Assembly (NCBI GenBank): GCA_027623195.1
Contig: JAQBUT010000013.1
Coordinates: forward strand, 13,300 to 77,299
Direction: 5' to 3'
Length of the DNA stretch: 64,000 bases
From: Chloroflexota bacterium
GTDB taxonomy: Bacteria > Chloroflexota > Dehalococcoidia > Lucifugimonadales > JADFKI01
Shown here: positions 55,509 to 64,000 of the stretch, piece after piece
How positions within the stretch are numbered: position 1 is the first letter of the stretch
Layout of the letters: each line of letters begins with the position of its first letter
Translations under genes and position numbers: made by a program
The notes under the pieces: generated by a model
Seen by the model: only the letters and a program-made list of their open reading frames with translations
Database searches by the model: none
What the model was told of the DNA's origin: nothing

Positions 55509-57395
55509 CTAAACGTAGTTCTTGACTTGGCGGGCTAGTTTTAGGGTCATACCGGGGACGGCAGCCAGCTCCTCCGGTGAGGCGGCCTGAATGCCTTTCA
55601 CGGAACCGAACTTGATCAACAGTAGACGTTTGCGCTTGGGGCCAACACCTGGGACCAGGTCTAAAGCCGACTCAACGCCCTTCTTGGAACGACGTTCACG
55701 GTGGAAGGTTATGGCAAATCGGTGGGCCTCATCTCGCGCCCTTTGGACTAGATATAGACCCTGAGACGTTCGTGGAAGCACTATGGGCTCCGCCATATGC
55801 GGGACGAACAGCTCTTCGTTCTCTTTGGCGAGACTAGCCAGAGGGATGTCGTTTATACCCAGGTCCAGGAACACGCTTAGAGCCGCGCCCAAGTGGCCTT
55901 TGCCACCGTCGATCAGCACCAGGTCTGGAGCGATTCCCCAGGACTCTTCGCTCTTGCTTTTGCGTAACGCTGCCCCCGCGTTTGCCGGGTCGTCCGAATT
56001 ATTTTTGCCGTTAGCTTTTACTTTTGAGAAGCGCTTGAAACGGCGGGTGAGCATCTCTCGCATGCTCGAATAGTCATCCGCGCCCTCCACCGTCTTGATC
56101 TTGAAGCGTCGATAGTGGTCGTTGCGCGGTTTGCCGTTTTCGAAGACCACCATGCTTCCGACAGTGTTGGTTCCCTGGATATTGGAGATGTCGTAGCACT
56201 CGATGCGCTCAGGCAGGTTAGGCAGACTCAACGCCTCCTGGAGTTCTGACATGGCAGAGTCCATGGCGGCAGTATCCGCCAATTGCTTCACTTTGAGCTG
56301 AGCGAAGCCCTGAGCAGCGTTTTCGGCTACCATCTCAACTAGTCGCCGTTTCTCGCCTCTCTGGGGCACCTGAATCCTCACAGTGCCTCGACGCTTCTCT
56401 TGGAGCCACTCTTCTATCGCGGCAGTGTCATCCAGTTGATGCTCCACCAGGATTTGGGGAGGAACGTATGGGGTGGCGTCGTAGAACTGCTTAACGAAGG
56501 CGGTCAGTATGTTGCCTGGCTCGTCGTCTTGCGTGCCGGCCATGAGGAAGTTGTCGCGGCCGATAAGCTTGCCCTGGCGTATGAAGAATACCTCCACCCA
56601 AGCCTCTCGCAAGCCCGTGGATGCGGCGATCACGTCGATGTTCTCGGACGTTAGGTGCAGGACCTTCTGTCCCTCGTGGACCTTCTCGATGGCCTGTAGC
56701 TGGTCCCTGAGGGCGGCGGCCTTCTCGAACTCCAGGGCGTCCGACGCATCGAGCATACGCCGCTCAATCGACTTCACGACCTCGTTCGTCTTGCCCTCCA
56801 AGAAGTATGTGACCTGGTCTATAACCTCGGCGTACTGCGCCTTATCCACTGCGCCGATGCACGGGCCTACACAGCGGTTAATGAAAAAGTCCAGGCAGGG
56901 TCGTTCGTCGTTTCCAGTTATGGTTTTTGTGCACGATCGGTAGGGGAATAGCTTCTTCAGGAGGCTCAATGTGCGCCGCACGCTGCCCGCGTTGGCGAAA
57001 GGTCCGAAGTACTTCGACCCATCCTTTTTGATTCGCCGCGTGATGTACACCTGCGGATAATCTTCGGAAACGTCTATCTTGATAAATGGATAGCTCTTGT
57101 CGTCCTTGAGCCGCGCATTGTACTGAGGTTGGTGCTCCTTGATGAGGTTGCACTCAAGGATAAGGGCCTCTGACTCCGACTCCGCAACTATGTACTCGAA
57201 GTCCGCAACCTTGGCCACCATGCGAACAATCTTCGGAGGCAGGTTGGCGGAGGAGGCAAAGTACGACCTTACGCGGTTGCGAAGGCTGGCTGCCTTGCCC
57301 ACGTACAGAACCTTACCCGCCTTGTCCCGCATCAGGTAGACGCCGGGTTGGGTAGGTGTGGCTCGGAGGCGGTCTGAGAAATCGATTCGTTGCAT
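55509..57395 (-). CDS. uvrC: Excinuclease ABC subunit C
   Basis: 628 aa with an N-terminal GIY-YIG domain (PGVYLMRD..GKVLYVGKA), a UVR domain, an endonuclease V-like domain and a C-terminal HhH2. Confidence 0.95.
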   Translation of the reverse strand: MQRIDFSDRLRATPTQPGVYLMRDKAGKVLYVGKAASLRNRVRSYFASSANLPPKIVRMVAKVADFEYIVAESESEALILECNLIKEHQPQYNARLKDDKSYPFIKIDVSEDYPQVYITRRIKKDGSKYFGPFANAGSVRRTLSLLKKLFPYRSCTKTITGNDERPCLDFFINRCVGPCIGAVDKAQYAEVIDQVTYFLEGKTNEVVKSIERRMLDASDALEFEKAAALRDQLQAIEKVHEGQKVLHLTSENIDVIAASTGLREAWVEVFFIRQGKLIGRDNFLMAGTQDDEPGNILTAFVKQFYDATPYVPPQILVEHQLDDTAAIEEWLQEKRRGTVRIQVPQRGEKRRLVEMVAENAAQGFAQLKVKQLADTAAMDSAMSELQEALSLPNLPERIECYDISNIQGTNTVGSMVVFENGKPRNDHYRRFKIKTVEGADDYSSMREMLTRRFKRFSKVKANGKNNSDDPANAGAALRKSKSEESWGIAPDLVLIDGGKGHLGAALSVFLDLGINDIPLASLAKENEELFVPHMAEPIVLPRTSQGLYLVQRARDEAHRFAITFHRERRSKKGVESALDLVPGVGPKRKRLLLIKFGSVKGIQAASPEELAAVPGMTLKLARQVKNYV

Positions 57396-57513
57396 ATGTA
57401 CCAGTGTAGCTACTGCCGGCTATCCCTGTACATGCCGATGCGGTAATTAAAGGAGATCCGGCTAGACTGTGCCGCCCAGCCGGACCAGCTCTTGAGTTGC
57501 TTGTAGAAGGTGG

Positions 57514-57879
57514 TTAGCCTAACACGAACGTTAGGGCAACCAGTATCGCTACGACTATCGCGGATATGATTCCGATCTGCCTAAGCTCGCCACCCAGGTA
57601 TCTGTATATCGGGGCCTCTGCTGCTTCGGCCACTCGTCGGCCGGATCGAGGCGCAGAGCGTTGCCTCGCGGCAGGGCGGGGCGTCGGTCGTGGCCGAGGA
57701 GAAGCTTCAACCACTGCGACGTCTTGTTGCACCTCATCGGATTCCGCTACCGCCGTATCAACGAAAGACGCAGACCCGGTAGGGCCGGAATCCGTCTGCT
57801 GCGGGCCGGGCCTGTCGCGCCGTTTTTTATCCCTGAGTTTGGCCTGTCTGGATGCTGCTTTGTTTGATTTGCTTGGCAT
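57514..57879 (-). CDS. Hypothetical tail-anchored protein with basic/Pro-rich N-terminus
   Basis: 121 aa. AGGAGG lies 8 nt upstream of the ATG. A K/R-rich N-terminus and a PRPRPTPRP segment are followed by a single C-terminal TM (IGIISAIVVAILVALTFVL). Confidence 0.55.
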   Translation of the reverse strand: MPSKSNKAASRQAKLRDKKRRDRPGPQQTDSGPTGSASFVDTAVAESDEVQQDVAVVEASPRPRPTPRPAARQRSAPRSGRRVAEAAEAPIYRYLGGELRQIGIISAIVVAILVALTFVLG

Positions 57880-57898
57880 AAAGGTATCCTCCTGATGG

Positions 57899-58801
57899 CT
57901 AACGCGCCCGAGGATGGGCTTTATCGTATTCGGATCTAACGTGTTCGCTAGTTAGGTGAGTATATAGCTGCGTTGTTGTGATGCTGGCGTGCCCCAGCAG
58001 TTCTTGCACATGGCGGAGAGGCGCTCCGCCCCTTAAAAGATGCGTAGCGAAACTGTGGCGTAGCGTATGTGGGGTAATCTTCTTTTCGATGCCTGCGCGT
58101 TTGGCATGGCCTTTGAGAATCAGCCAAAACCCCTGGCGTGTTAGCCGCTCTCCGCGCCTGTTTAGGAACAGGGAACCACCGGAACGCGGGTTCGACATGC
58201 GGGGCCTGGCCTCGGCCAGATACTCTTTTAGCACGCTCACGGCGTTCTGATGGATTGGGATGACTCGCTCTTTGGCTCCCTTGCCGAAGCATCGCACGGA
58301 ACCTCGTTCGAGGTCCACATCGCTTATGTCCAGGGAGACCAGTTCCGTTACTCTCATCCCGCTGGCGTACAGAAGCTCCAACATACCCTGGTCTCGAGAG
58401 ACATCGGGTGTGCTCCCTTTGGAAACGGAGGCTAAAAGCTCTACTACCTCGTCTACCGTCAGCGCCTCTGGTAAGGCTCTGCCGACCCTGGGAGAACTTA
58501 GATTCTCCGTTGGGTCCTTGGGTATCAGGCCCTCATCCAGCAGGTAGCCGAACAGAGACTTGGCCGACGCCACCTTTCGCGCTCGCGTTGTATCTGAGTA
58601 ACCCTGGTCGTGGAGTCGAAGCAGGTACGCAGTCATGACCTCATCGTTTACGTTCGGCCAGCCAAAATCCTCGGCTGGATGAGTCGTTACCAGGTACTCT
58701 ACCAACTGGTTGAGGTCGTTCTTGTAGGCGATACGCGTGTTGGGGGAGACGCCCCGCTCTACTGTCATGTAGTCAAGGAAGAGCTTAACGCTTTCCTGCA
58801 T
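57899..58801 (-). CDS. xerD: Tyrosine recombinase XerD/XerC
   Basis: 300 aa with the catalytic-domain motifs ASGMRVTE, HTLRHSFATHLL and LGHASITTTQLYTH. Confidence 0.88.
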   Translation of the reverse strand: MQESVKLFLDYMTVERGVSPNTRIAYKNDLNQLVEYLVTTHPAEDFGWPNVNDEVMTAYLLRLHDQGYSDTTRARKVASAKSLFGYLLDEGLIPKDPTENLSSPRVGRALPEALTVDEVVELLASVSKGSTPDVSRDQGMLELLYASGMRVTELVSLDISDVDLERGSVRCFGKGAKERVIPIHQNAVSVLKEYLAEARPRMSNPRSGGSLFLNRRGERLTRQGFWLILKGHAKRAGIEKKITPHTLRHSFATHLLRGGAPLRHVQELLGHASITTTQLYTHLTSEHVRSEYDKAHPRAR

Positions 58802-59057
58802 GTGTCGTCCTCTTTATGTGTCTTTTGCAGTTGACACCATATTAGCATAAGAGCGGGCTCGATGCCCTCGATTTATTGGCTTGACACGGCTACTTCGCCC
58901 CGCTACCTTAATGTGGCTTTCGACCGAATGCCAACGCCTGTACCGTAAAACAGCCAATGAGGGCTAAGAGCTTAACACAGGCGGTGGTGGGCCTTTAGGG
59001 TTCACAACGGAGAGAGCGTCCACAGTTCTACACTAATCCTTTCATTGCGGTATTTAC

Positions 59058-59939
59058 ATGATCGAAATAGAAGTAGGGCCCAATCTAATATCCGCCGGTT
59101 CTTTCCTGCTAAGTTGGCACGGTTTCTTCAGCTTCATAGCTGTTGCCACCGCCGTCTTCCTGGTAGGGAGGTGGGCGCCCATGAAGGGCATAGACCCGGA
59201 TGATATTTACTCCATAGCTATCTGGGCCATTATCGGGGGCGTCATAGGCGCCAGAGTGGTGCACGTAATAGACCAATGGGCCTATTATCAGGATAACCTC
59301 GTCCAGATACTGTTCATCTGGAGTGGCGGTATAGGCTTATGGGGAGGCATACTGGGTGGATTTATCGGAGGCACCAGTTACGCGCTGTGGGCCAAGCATC
59401 CCGTGGGCCTCATCGCCGACCTGACGGCTCCCGTTATGCTCCTGTCGCAGTCTATAGGCCGCCTGGGAGATATCGTCAATGGCGAGCATTGCGCCAAGGC
59501 CGCCAACGATTTCATCTTTGGTTTCAACTGGATTAACCCGATCAGCGATGCCAGGATCTGCTCAAACGGCATTGGCATTGCTGTGCAGCCCGTAATAGCC
59601 TACGAGATAATATGGAACTTGCTGGCCCTGGTGCTGGTCTGGAAGCTGAGAGGCAAGATACGACCCGACGGCATGCTGTTCGCGCTGTACCTGGCCCTGT
59701 ACTCTACCGGACGGTTCCTCATCACCTTCCTCAGAGAGGACAGAATATGGGCACTGGGTTTGCAAGAGGCCCAGTACATTGCCCTTCTGGTCCTGCTTAT
59801 AACGGTTCCACTGCTCATCATTAAAGCTCGGCCCGGAGCGGCACTTCGATTGGCTGCAGACGGCACTCCTCTGGAGCCCCCAGCGTCAGTTGGACGCGGC
59901 ACCAGGGCCCAACGCCGCCGGAGGCAGAGGGACCGCTAA
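59058..59939 (+). CDS. lgt: Prolipoprotein diacylglyceryl transferase
   Basis: 293 aa, polytopic, with the Lgt motifs HGFF, GGIGLWGGILGG, GRLGD..NGE and GRF..TFLRED. Confidence 0.9.
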   Translation: MIEIEVGPNLISAGSFLLSWHGFFSFIAVATAVFLVGRWAPMKGIDPDDIYSIAIWAIIGGVIGARVVHVIDQWAYYQDNLVQILFIWSGGIGLWGGILGGFIGGTSYALWAKHPVGLIADLTAPVMLLSQSIGRLGDIVNGEHCAKAANDFIFGFNWINPISDARICSNGIGIAVQPVIAYEIIWNLLALVLVWKLRGKIRPDGMLFALYLALYSTGRFLITFLREDRIWALGLQEAQYIALLVLLITVPLLIIKARPGAALRLAADGTPLEPPASVGRGTRAQRRRRQRDR

Positions 59940-59986
59940 ACTGGCGAGTTCGGTACCTAAAATACAGTATTTTCGCAATCAAACAG

Positions 59987-60020
59987 GCGCCCTCTACCAA
60001 AATGGAGGGCGCTTTTGTTT
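59987..60020 (+). terminator. Rho-independent terminator after lgt
   Basis: GCGCCCTC-taccaaaatg-GAGGGCGC is followed by TTTTGTTT. Confidence 0.8.
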
Positions 60021-60040
60021 ATCCGAGTAAAATGCTAATA

Positions 60041-60074
60041 TTTCAGTCTATTGACTGAAAATCGCAACTGAAAT
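60041..60074 (+). promoter_or_regulatory. Operator-like palindrome plus extra half-site upstream of the Gfo/Idh/MocA gene
   Basis: TTTCAGTC-tatt-GACTGAAA (60041-60060) is a perfect 8-bp inverted repeat. A further ACTGAAA copy lies at 60067-60073. The region is 35-67 nt upstream of GTG 60108. Confidence 0.35.
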
Positions 60075-60107
60075 TAAACGTTAAAATACGCTGAAGTGAG
60101 GTGAAAG

Positions 60108-61148
60108 GTGGCAATTGGATGGGGTCTGATAAGTCTGGGAAGACACAGCGACATTAAGATCGCTCCCGCCATGAATCAGGCGGCCGAAACACGTTTCGTG
60201 GCGGCCTACAGTCGAGACCTGGCAACCGCTGAGGCCTTCGCTGAAAAGCATGGCGCCGACTCGGCATATGATTCGCTGGACGGCATTCTGTCAGATTCGA
60301 ACGTAGATGCCGTATTCATTGCCTCGCCCAACTTCATGCACGCCGAGCACACAATAGCGGCCGCCAGAGCAGGGAAGCACGTTCTGGTGGAAAAGCCTAT
60401 GGCTACTGGCGTCTCTGACGCGTTAAATATGGTCACCGAATGCGACAAGCGCGGGGTTAAACTCGGCGTGGGCTTTCATCTGAGGTTCCATCCGGGGCAT
60501 ATTAAGGCCAAGGAGTTGCTGGACCTGCAGGCGTTGGGCGCGGTCTCCCTGGTGCAAGGGCAGTGGTGCCTTGGGCAGCGAGGCGTTGTGAACCCTCCCG
60601 CTCGCACTGGCCGTTCGCAGTGGTGGGGCGACCCTCAGATGATTGGGGGCGCGTCCACTCTTATGGGAACAGGCGTGCACGTCATAGATATCCTGCAGCA
60701 CATGACTGGCCAGTATATTGCCGAGGTGGCAGCGTTGACGGACGGTCAGACAGAAGAGAGCCCTTTGGAGCAAGCAGCGTCCATAGCTATACGCTTTGAG
60801 GACGGCACGATGGGTTCCATAACCGTAGGACGCCGTGTGCCGGAGTCCGAGAACGACGCCATGATCTACGGCAGCCACGGACGAATCGCCTTGCGCGGTA
60901 CCCTGTGGGAGGCCTGCACAGGCAGCCTTGAGGTGGATACTGAGACCATTCAGACCTCTGAGTCCTACGACGACGGCCTGCAGGCGCTGTACAAGTTACA
61001 GATAGAGGCCTTCAACAGGGCGGTGCAAAGCGATGAGGAGTTTCGAGCGTCGGGCGTGGATGGGCTGCGCGTGGTGGAGGTTACATCTGCCATCATTGAG
61101 TCTGCTGCCACGGGGCGCGCCGTGAAGGTGGAGAGGGCGGTGCTCTAA
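60108..61148 (+). CDS. Gfo/Idh/MocA-family NAD(P)-dependent oxidoreductase
   Basis: 346 aa with a GAGGTG RBS. The N-terminal Rossmann region (IGWGLISLG...) and VLVEKPMA are typical of the family. Confidence 0.88.
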   Translation: MAIGWGLISLGRHSDIKIAPAMNQAAETRFVAAYSRDLATAEAFAEKHGADSAYDSLDGILSDSNVDAVFIASPNFMHAEHTIAAARAGKHVLVEKPMATGVSDALNMVTECDKRGVKLGVGFHLRFHPGHIKAKELLDLQALGAVSLVQGQWCLGQRGVVNPPARTGRSQWWGDPQMIGGASTLMGTGVHVIDILQHMTGQYIAEVAALTDGQTEESPLEQAASIAIRFEDGTMGSITVGRRVPESENDAMIYGSHGRIALRGTLWEACTGSLEVDTETIQTSESYDDGLQALYKLQIEAFNRAVQSDEEFRASGVDGLRVVEVTSAIIESAATGRAVKVERAVL

Positions 61149-61155
61149 TACGGGG

Positions 61156-62844
61156 CTAACGGGAGGGGCGGAAATCCATAACCGTAAGCTGTACTTTGGG
61201 CTGGTAACCCCAGGTGTCCAGGCCCACTGTGTATACGAGGTCCACGCCGCGTTGTGTCTCATGAATCTTATCGCCCTGGCGGAAAGCTATCGCTCCAAAG
61301 GCAGCGCCGTCATCCCACACTCGCATCTTCAGGTGGCGGCCTTCGCTTCCCACTTGCCGCGATTCCACCACCCGGACGTTTCGCGTCATGAATATGGGGG
61401 CTCGGTTGGCTTCACCGAATGGGGCCAGTGACTGAATAAAGTCAAAGTTTTCCCTGGTGAACATGGAAAGGGGAACCTTGCAATCAATGTCGATCGCAGG
61501 CGACAGCTCAACATCGCGCAACTTCTCTGCAGCTACGGCATAGAGCTTCTCTTCCAGGACGGGCAGGGAGGACGTTGGTATCGTGAAGCCAGCAGCCTGG
61601 TGGTGGCCTCCTGACTTGATGTAAAGCTCCTGTCCCTCACGAATGGCCTCAATGATATTGAACTCTGGAATGCTGCGGGCGCTGGCTCGGCTCAACTCGC
61701 CAGCTGTGGAGATCGCGATAGCCGGCCTGTAGTACTGCTCTGCCAATCTTCCCGCGATGAGCCCTAGAATTCCCGGTATCCAATCATCACTTTTGACTAT
61801 CAGGATAGACGGAAGGCCTCGGCCGCTCATCTGGGCCTCCAATTGCTCGTTCGCCGCCTGCATACCCTGCTCCGTGAGTGTTTGTCGTTCAGAATTTTTG
61901 TGTTCAAGTTGGGTTGCCAATTCGTGAGCGCGCGCCGAGTCAGTCGCCGTGAGTAGCTCGAGGCTTAAACCGGCATTTCCCAGCCTTCCAGCGACGTTGA
62001 GACGGGGGATTAAGCCGAAGGACAAGGACTCCGTGTCCAATGAACCAAACTTCAGTCTGGCACTCTCGGCTAATGCCCGTATACCTATGTTTTGTGTTTT
62101 GTTTAGCTCTTCAAGTCCCCTTTTTACGAAGAATCTGTTCTCGCCGGTCAGCGGACCGACATCAGCCACCGTTCCCAGGGCCACAAGTCCCAACAAATGC
62201 TCTGGCCAGGGCAGTCCCATGTCGTCATACAATGCCTCGACGAGCTTGAAGGCCATGCCGACTCCCGTCAGCCCAAGGAATGGGTATGTGGAGTCCGGAT
62301 GATTGGGATTGAGAATGGCACACGCCGCCGGCAGGGTAGGTAGCATAGTGTGGTGGTCCGTAATTATTGTCTCGATACCTAAAGTTGCCGCCAGGTCCAC
62401 CTCTGAAATGGAGGTGGTGCCGCAGTCCACTGTTATCATCAGCGAGACGCCCTGTTCCTTCAGGTAGTGGACGGCATCCGGATTGAGCCCATGCCCCTCA
62501 TCCACGCGATGAGGCAGGTAAGGGACTACTGAGCCGCCGATATCCCGTAGCGCATTTATCAGTAGTGCGGTACCGGTTATTCCGTCCGCGTCAAAGTCTC
62601 CGAAAAGACCTATGAGTTCCCCGGACTCCACGGCTCTCCGCAGCCGCATTACGGCCACGTTCATGCCCGGAAATAACATGGGATCGTACGTTATGCCACG
62701 TTCGGCGTTTAGGTAGGGTGCGAGATCCGCGCGGGCCTTTACGCCACGGCTGTACAACAGGTGGGAGTGGAAGGATGAGAGGCCCAGTTCTTGCGAGAAG
62801 CCTGCGGGCGGGGCTTCTGTCATACGCCACTTTTTAGAAATCAT
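61156..62844 (-). CDS. recJ: Single-stranded-DNA-specific exonuclease RecJ
   Basis: 562 aa with DHH motifs (GDFDADGITG, DCG, ITDHH) and a DHHA1 segment, GGHHQAAG. Confidence 0.93.
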   Translation of the reverse strand: MISKKWRMTEAPPAGFSQELGLSSFHSHLLYSRGVKARADLAPYLNAERGITYDPMLFPGMNVAVMRLRRAVESGELIGLFGDFDADGITGTALLINALRDIGGSVVPYLPHRVDEGHGLNPDAVHYLKEQGVSLMITVDCGTTSISEVDLAATLGIETIITDHHTMLPTLPAACAILNPNHPDSTYPFLGLTGVGMAFKLVEALYDDMGLPWPEHLLGLVALGTVADVGPLTGENRFFVKRGLEELNKTQNIGIRALAESARLKFGSLDTESLSFGLIPRLNVAGRLGNAGLSLELLTATDSARAHELATQLEHKNSERQTLTEQGMQAANEQLEAQMSGRGLPSILIVKSDDWIPGILGLIAGRLAEQYYRPAIAISTAGELSRASARSIPEFNIIEAIREGQELYIKSGGHHQAAGFTIPTSSLPVLEEKLYAVAAEKLRDVELSPAIDIDCKVPLSMFTRENFDFIQSLAPFGEANRAPIFMTRNVRVVESRQVGSEGRHLKMRVWDDGAAFGAIAFRQGDKIHETQRGVDLVYTVGLDTWGYQPKVQLTVMDFRPSR

Positions 62845-62943
62845 AAGTCATCCATGGCCGCTAGCCTGGGTATGTGGCCAATTAGACGGCCGCTTCAAAT
62901 ACTGGTGCCCTGGGTGGTGGCTGGCTGTCAGATAGGAGCGAAA

Positions 62944-64000
62944 TTACTCGATAAAAGCCTGGTAGACCAGAGAGGCGTTGTGGCCCCCGAATCCGAAGGA
63001 ATTGGTCATGGCGGCCCTTACCGTCCCTTGGCGGGCGACATTGGGCGTGTAATCCAGATCGCAATCAGGGTCTGCGTTGTCCAGATTAATCGTGGGGGGA
63101 ATTGCTGATTTGGCTATGGCCATAACCGATATGGCCGACTCTAACGCCCCGCTGGCTCCAAGTAAATGCCCAGTCATGGACTTGGTGGAGCTAATGGGGA
63201 TGCTGTACGCCCTTTCGCTGAACACGCCCTTCATGGCCATGGTCTCATACTTGTCGTTCAGTGGGGTAGAGGTGCCGTGGGCATTTATGTAGCTGATCTC
63301 TTCCGGTTGGAGGCCAGCCTTTTTTAGGGCAATTCGCATGGCCCGTGACGCGCCCTCACCTTCGGGAGCGGGCTGCGTAATGTGATTGGCGTCAGCGGTG
63401 GTTCCGTAACCTACCAGTTCGGCAATGGGCTTCGCGCCTCTACTTATCGCGTGGTCCATCGTCTCCAACACTAGCACAGCGGCCCCCTCGCCCAGGACGA
63501 ATCCGTCTCTGTCCACGTCGAAGGGCCTGGAGGCGGCCTTCGGATCATCGTTGCGGGTTGATAGAGCCATGCAGGCGTTGAAACCGGCCACCCCGATTGG
63601 GCATATGGCTGCTTCGGCGCCACCGGCAAAGACGACGTCAGCGTCGCCTTGCTGTAGCACCTCAAAGGCCTGGCCGATGGCATCGGCTCCGCTTGAGCAT
63701 GCTGATACGGTCGAGTAATTGGGGCCTTTTGCCCCCAGCATTATGGATACTTGTCCTGATGCCATATCCGGGAGCATCATGGGCACCAGGAACGGGCTGA
63801 CGCGCGACGGACCGCGTTCGTTCAGCACCCCTATCTGCTCAGACAGGGTCATGATGCCGCCTATGCCGCTGGAAATCATCACCGATATGCGTGTGCTGTT
63901 CTCAGGAACGATCTTCATGTCCGAATGCTCGACAGCCTCGATGGTTGCTGCTGCGGCCAACTGCACGAAGCGGTCCATACGACGGGCCTGCTTCTTGCCG
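62944..64000 (-). CDS. fabF: Beta-ketoacyl-ACP synthase II, N-terminus beyond the window end
   Basis: It has the active-site Cys context VSACSSGADAIG, the His motifs INAHGTSTP and TGHLLGASG, and the C-terminal SFGFGGHNASLV. The reading frame stays open to nt 64000 (..GKKQARRMDRF..). Confidence 0.9.
   Translation of the reverse strand, partial: GKKQARRMDRFVQLAAAATIEAVEHSDMKIVPENSTRISVMISSGIGGIMTLSEQIGVLNERGPSRVSPFLVPMMLPDMASGQVSIMLGAKGPNYSTVSACSSGADAIGQAFEVLQQGDADVVFAGGAEAAICPIGVAGFNACMALSTRNDDPKAASRPFDVDRDGFVLGEGAAVLVLETMDHAISRGAKPIAELVGYGTTADANHITQPAPEGEGASRAMRIALKKAGLQPEEISYINAHGTSTPLNDKYETMAMKGVFSERAYSIPISSTKSMTGHLLGASGALESAISVMAIAKSAIPPTINLDNADPDCDLDYTPNVARQGTVRAAMTNSFGFGGHNASLVYQAFIE

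Noticed and set aside
57396-57433. Inverted ATGTAC...GTACAT abutting the uvrC start, plus TGTACA cores in the 55234-55258 hairpin, as a possible SOS/LexA box
   Set aside because: These are only 6-bp arms 26 nt apart, and I know of no LexA consensus for this lineage that matches. The shared TGTACA hexamer could easily be chance.
57899-58801. Tyrosine recombinase as marker of an integrated mobile element
   Set aside because: Its sequence features are XerC/XerD-like and it is flanked by core genes (uvrC, lgt). I saw no att-like repeats, phage genes or compositional shift. It is most likely the chromosome-dimer resolvase.
1-64000. CRISPR arrays, rRNA genes, IS elements or transposases, prophage blocks
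   Set aside because: I scanned by eye for regular repeat-spacer patterns, rRNA-like conserved stretches and DDE or serine recombinase motifs and found none. The only RNA gene I can support is selC.

Overview
A 64-kb bacterial chromosomal segment. It is moderately GC-rich (hand-counted samples of core genes run roughly 55-68% GC) and densely coding, with strong AGGAGG-type ribosome-binding sites. I support about 60 protein genes and one RNA gene, a selenocysteine tRNA (selC, anticodon TCA, 35284-35381). I saw no rRNA, CRISPR array, transposase or prophage. Most genes are housekeeping or metabolic: GMC oxidoreductase, fumC, ltaE, rarA, selA, coaE, cinA, a GldA/F/G-type ABC export operon, a speH-like gene plus agmatinase, cysteine desulfurase, trxA, ggt, lutABC, glycerate kinase, NfeD/SPFH, uvrC, xerD, lgt, recJ, and fabF (truncated by the window end). 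Gene content and style vaguely suggest a marine Chloroflexota-like organism, but I cannot establish taxonomy from this window. The best candidate for an undescribed system is the operon coaE / CbbQ-NorQ-type AAA+ ATPase / CoA-pyrophosphatase-type Nudix / 1093-aa CbbO-NorD-type VWA protein (17845-23322). It has no Rubisco, NO-reductase or CO-dehydrogenase client nearby and is followed by an orphan two-HKD PLD-family enzyme. Other points worth a second look:
- selenium decoding: selA translationally coupled to an Smr-domain gene, and selC behind nifS-trxA;
- a low-GC PD-(D/E)xK-like nuclease gene inserted after rarA;
- a low-GC islet downstream of selC;
- a response regulator with a degenerate GGDEF site but an intact I-site;
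- an AdoMetDC-fold gene paired with agmatinase;
- a TA-like RHH/PIN pair whose PIN looks catalytically degenerate;
- several small regulatory-looking repeats.
All family assignments come from motif recognition by eye. No database search was run.
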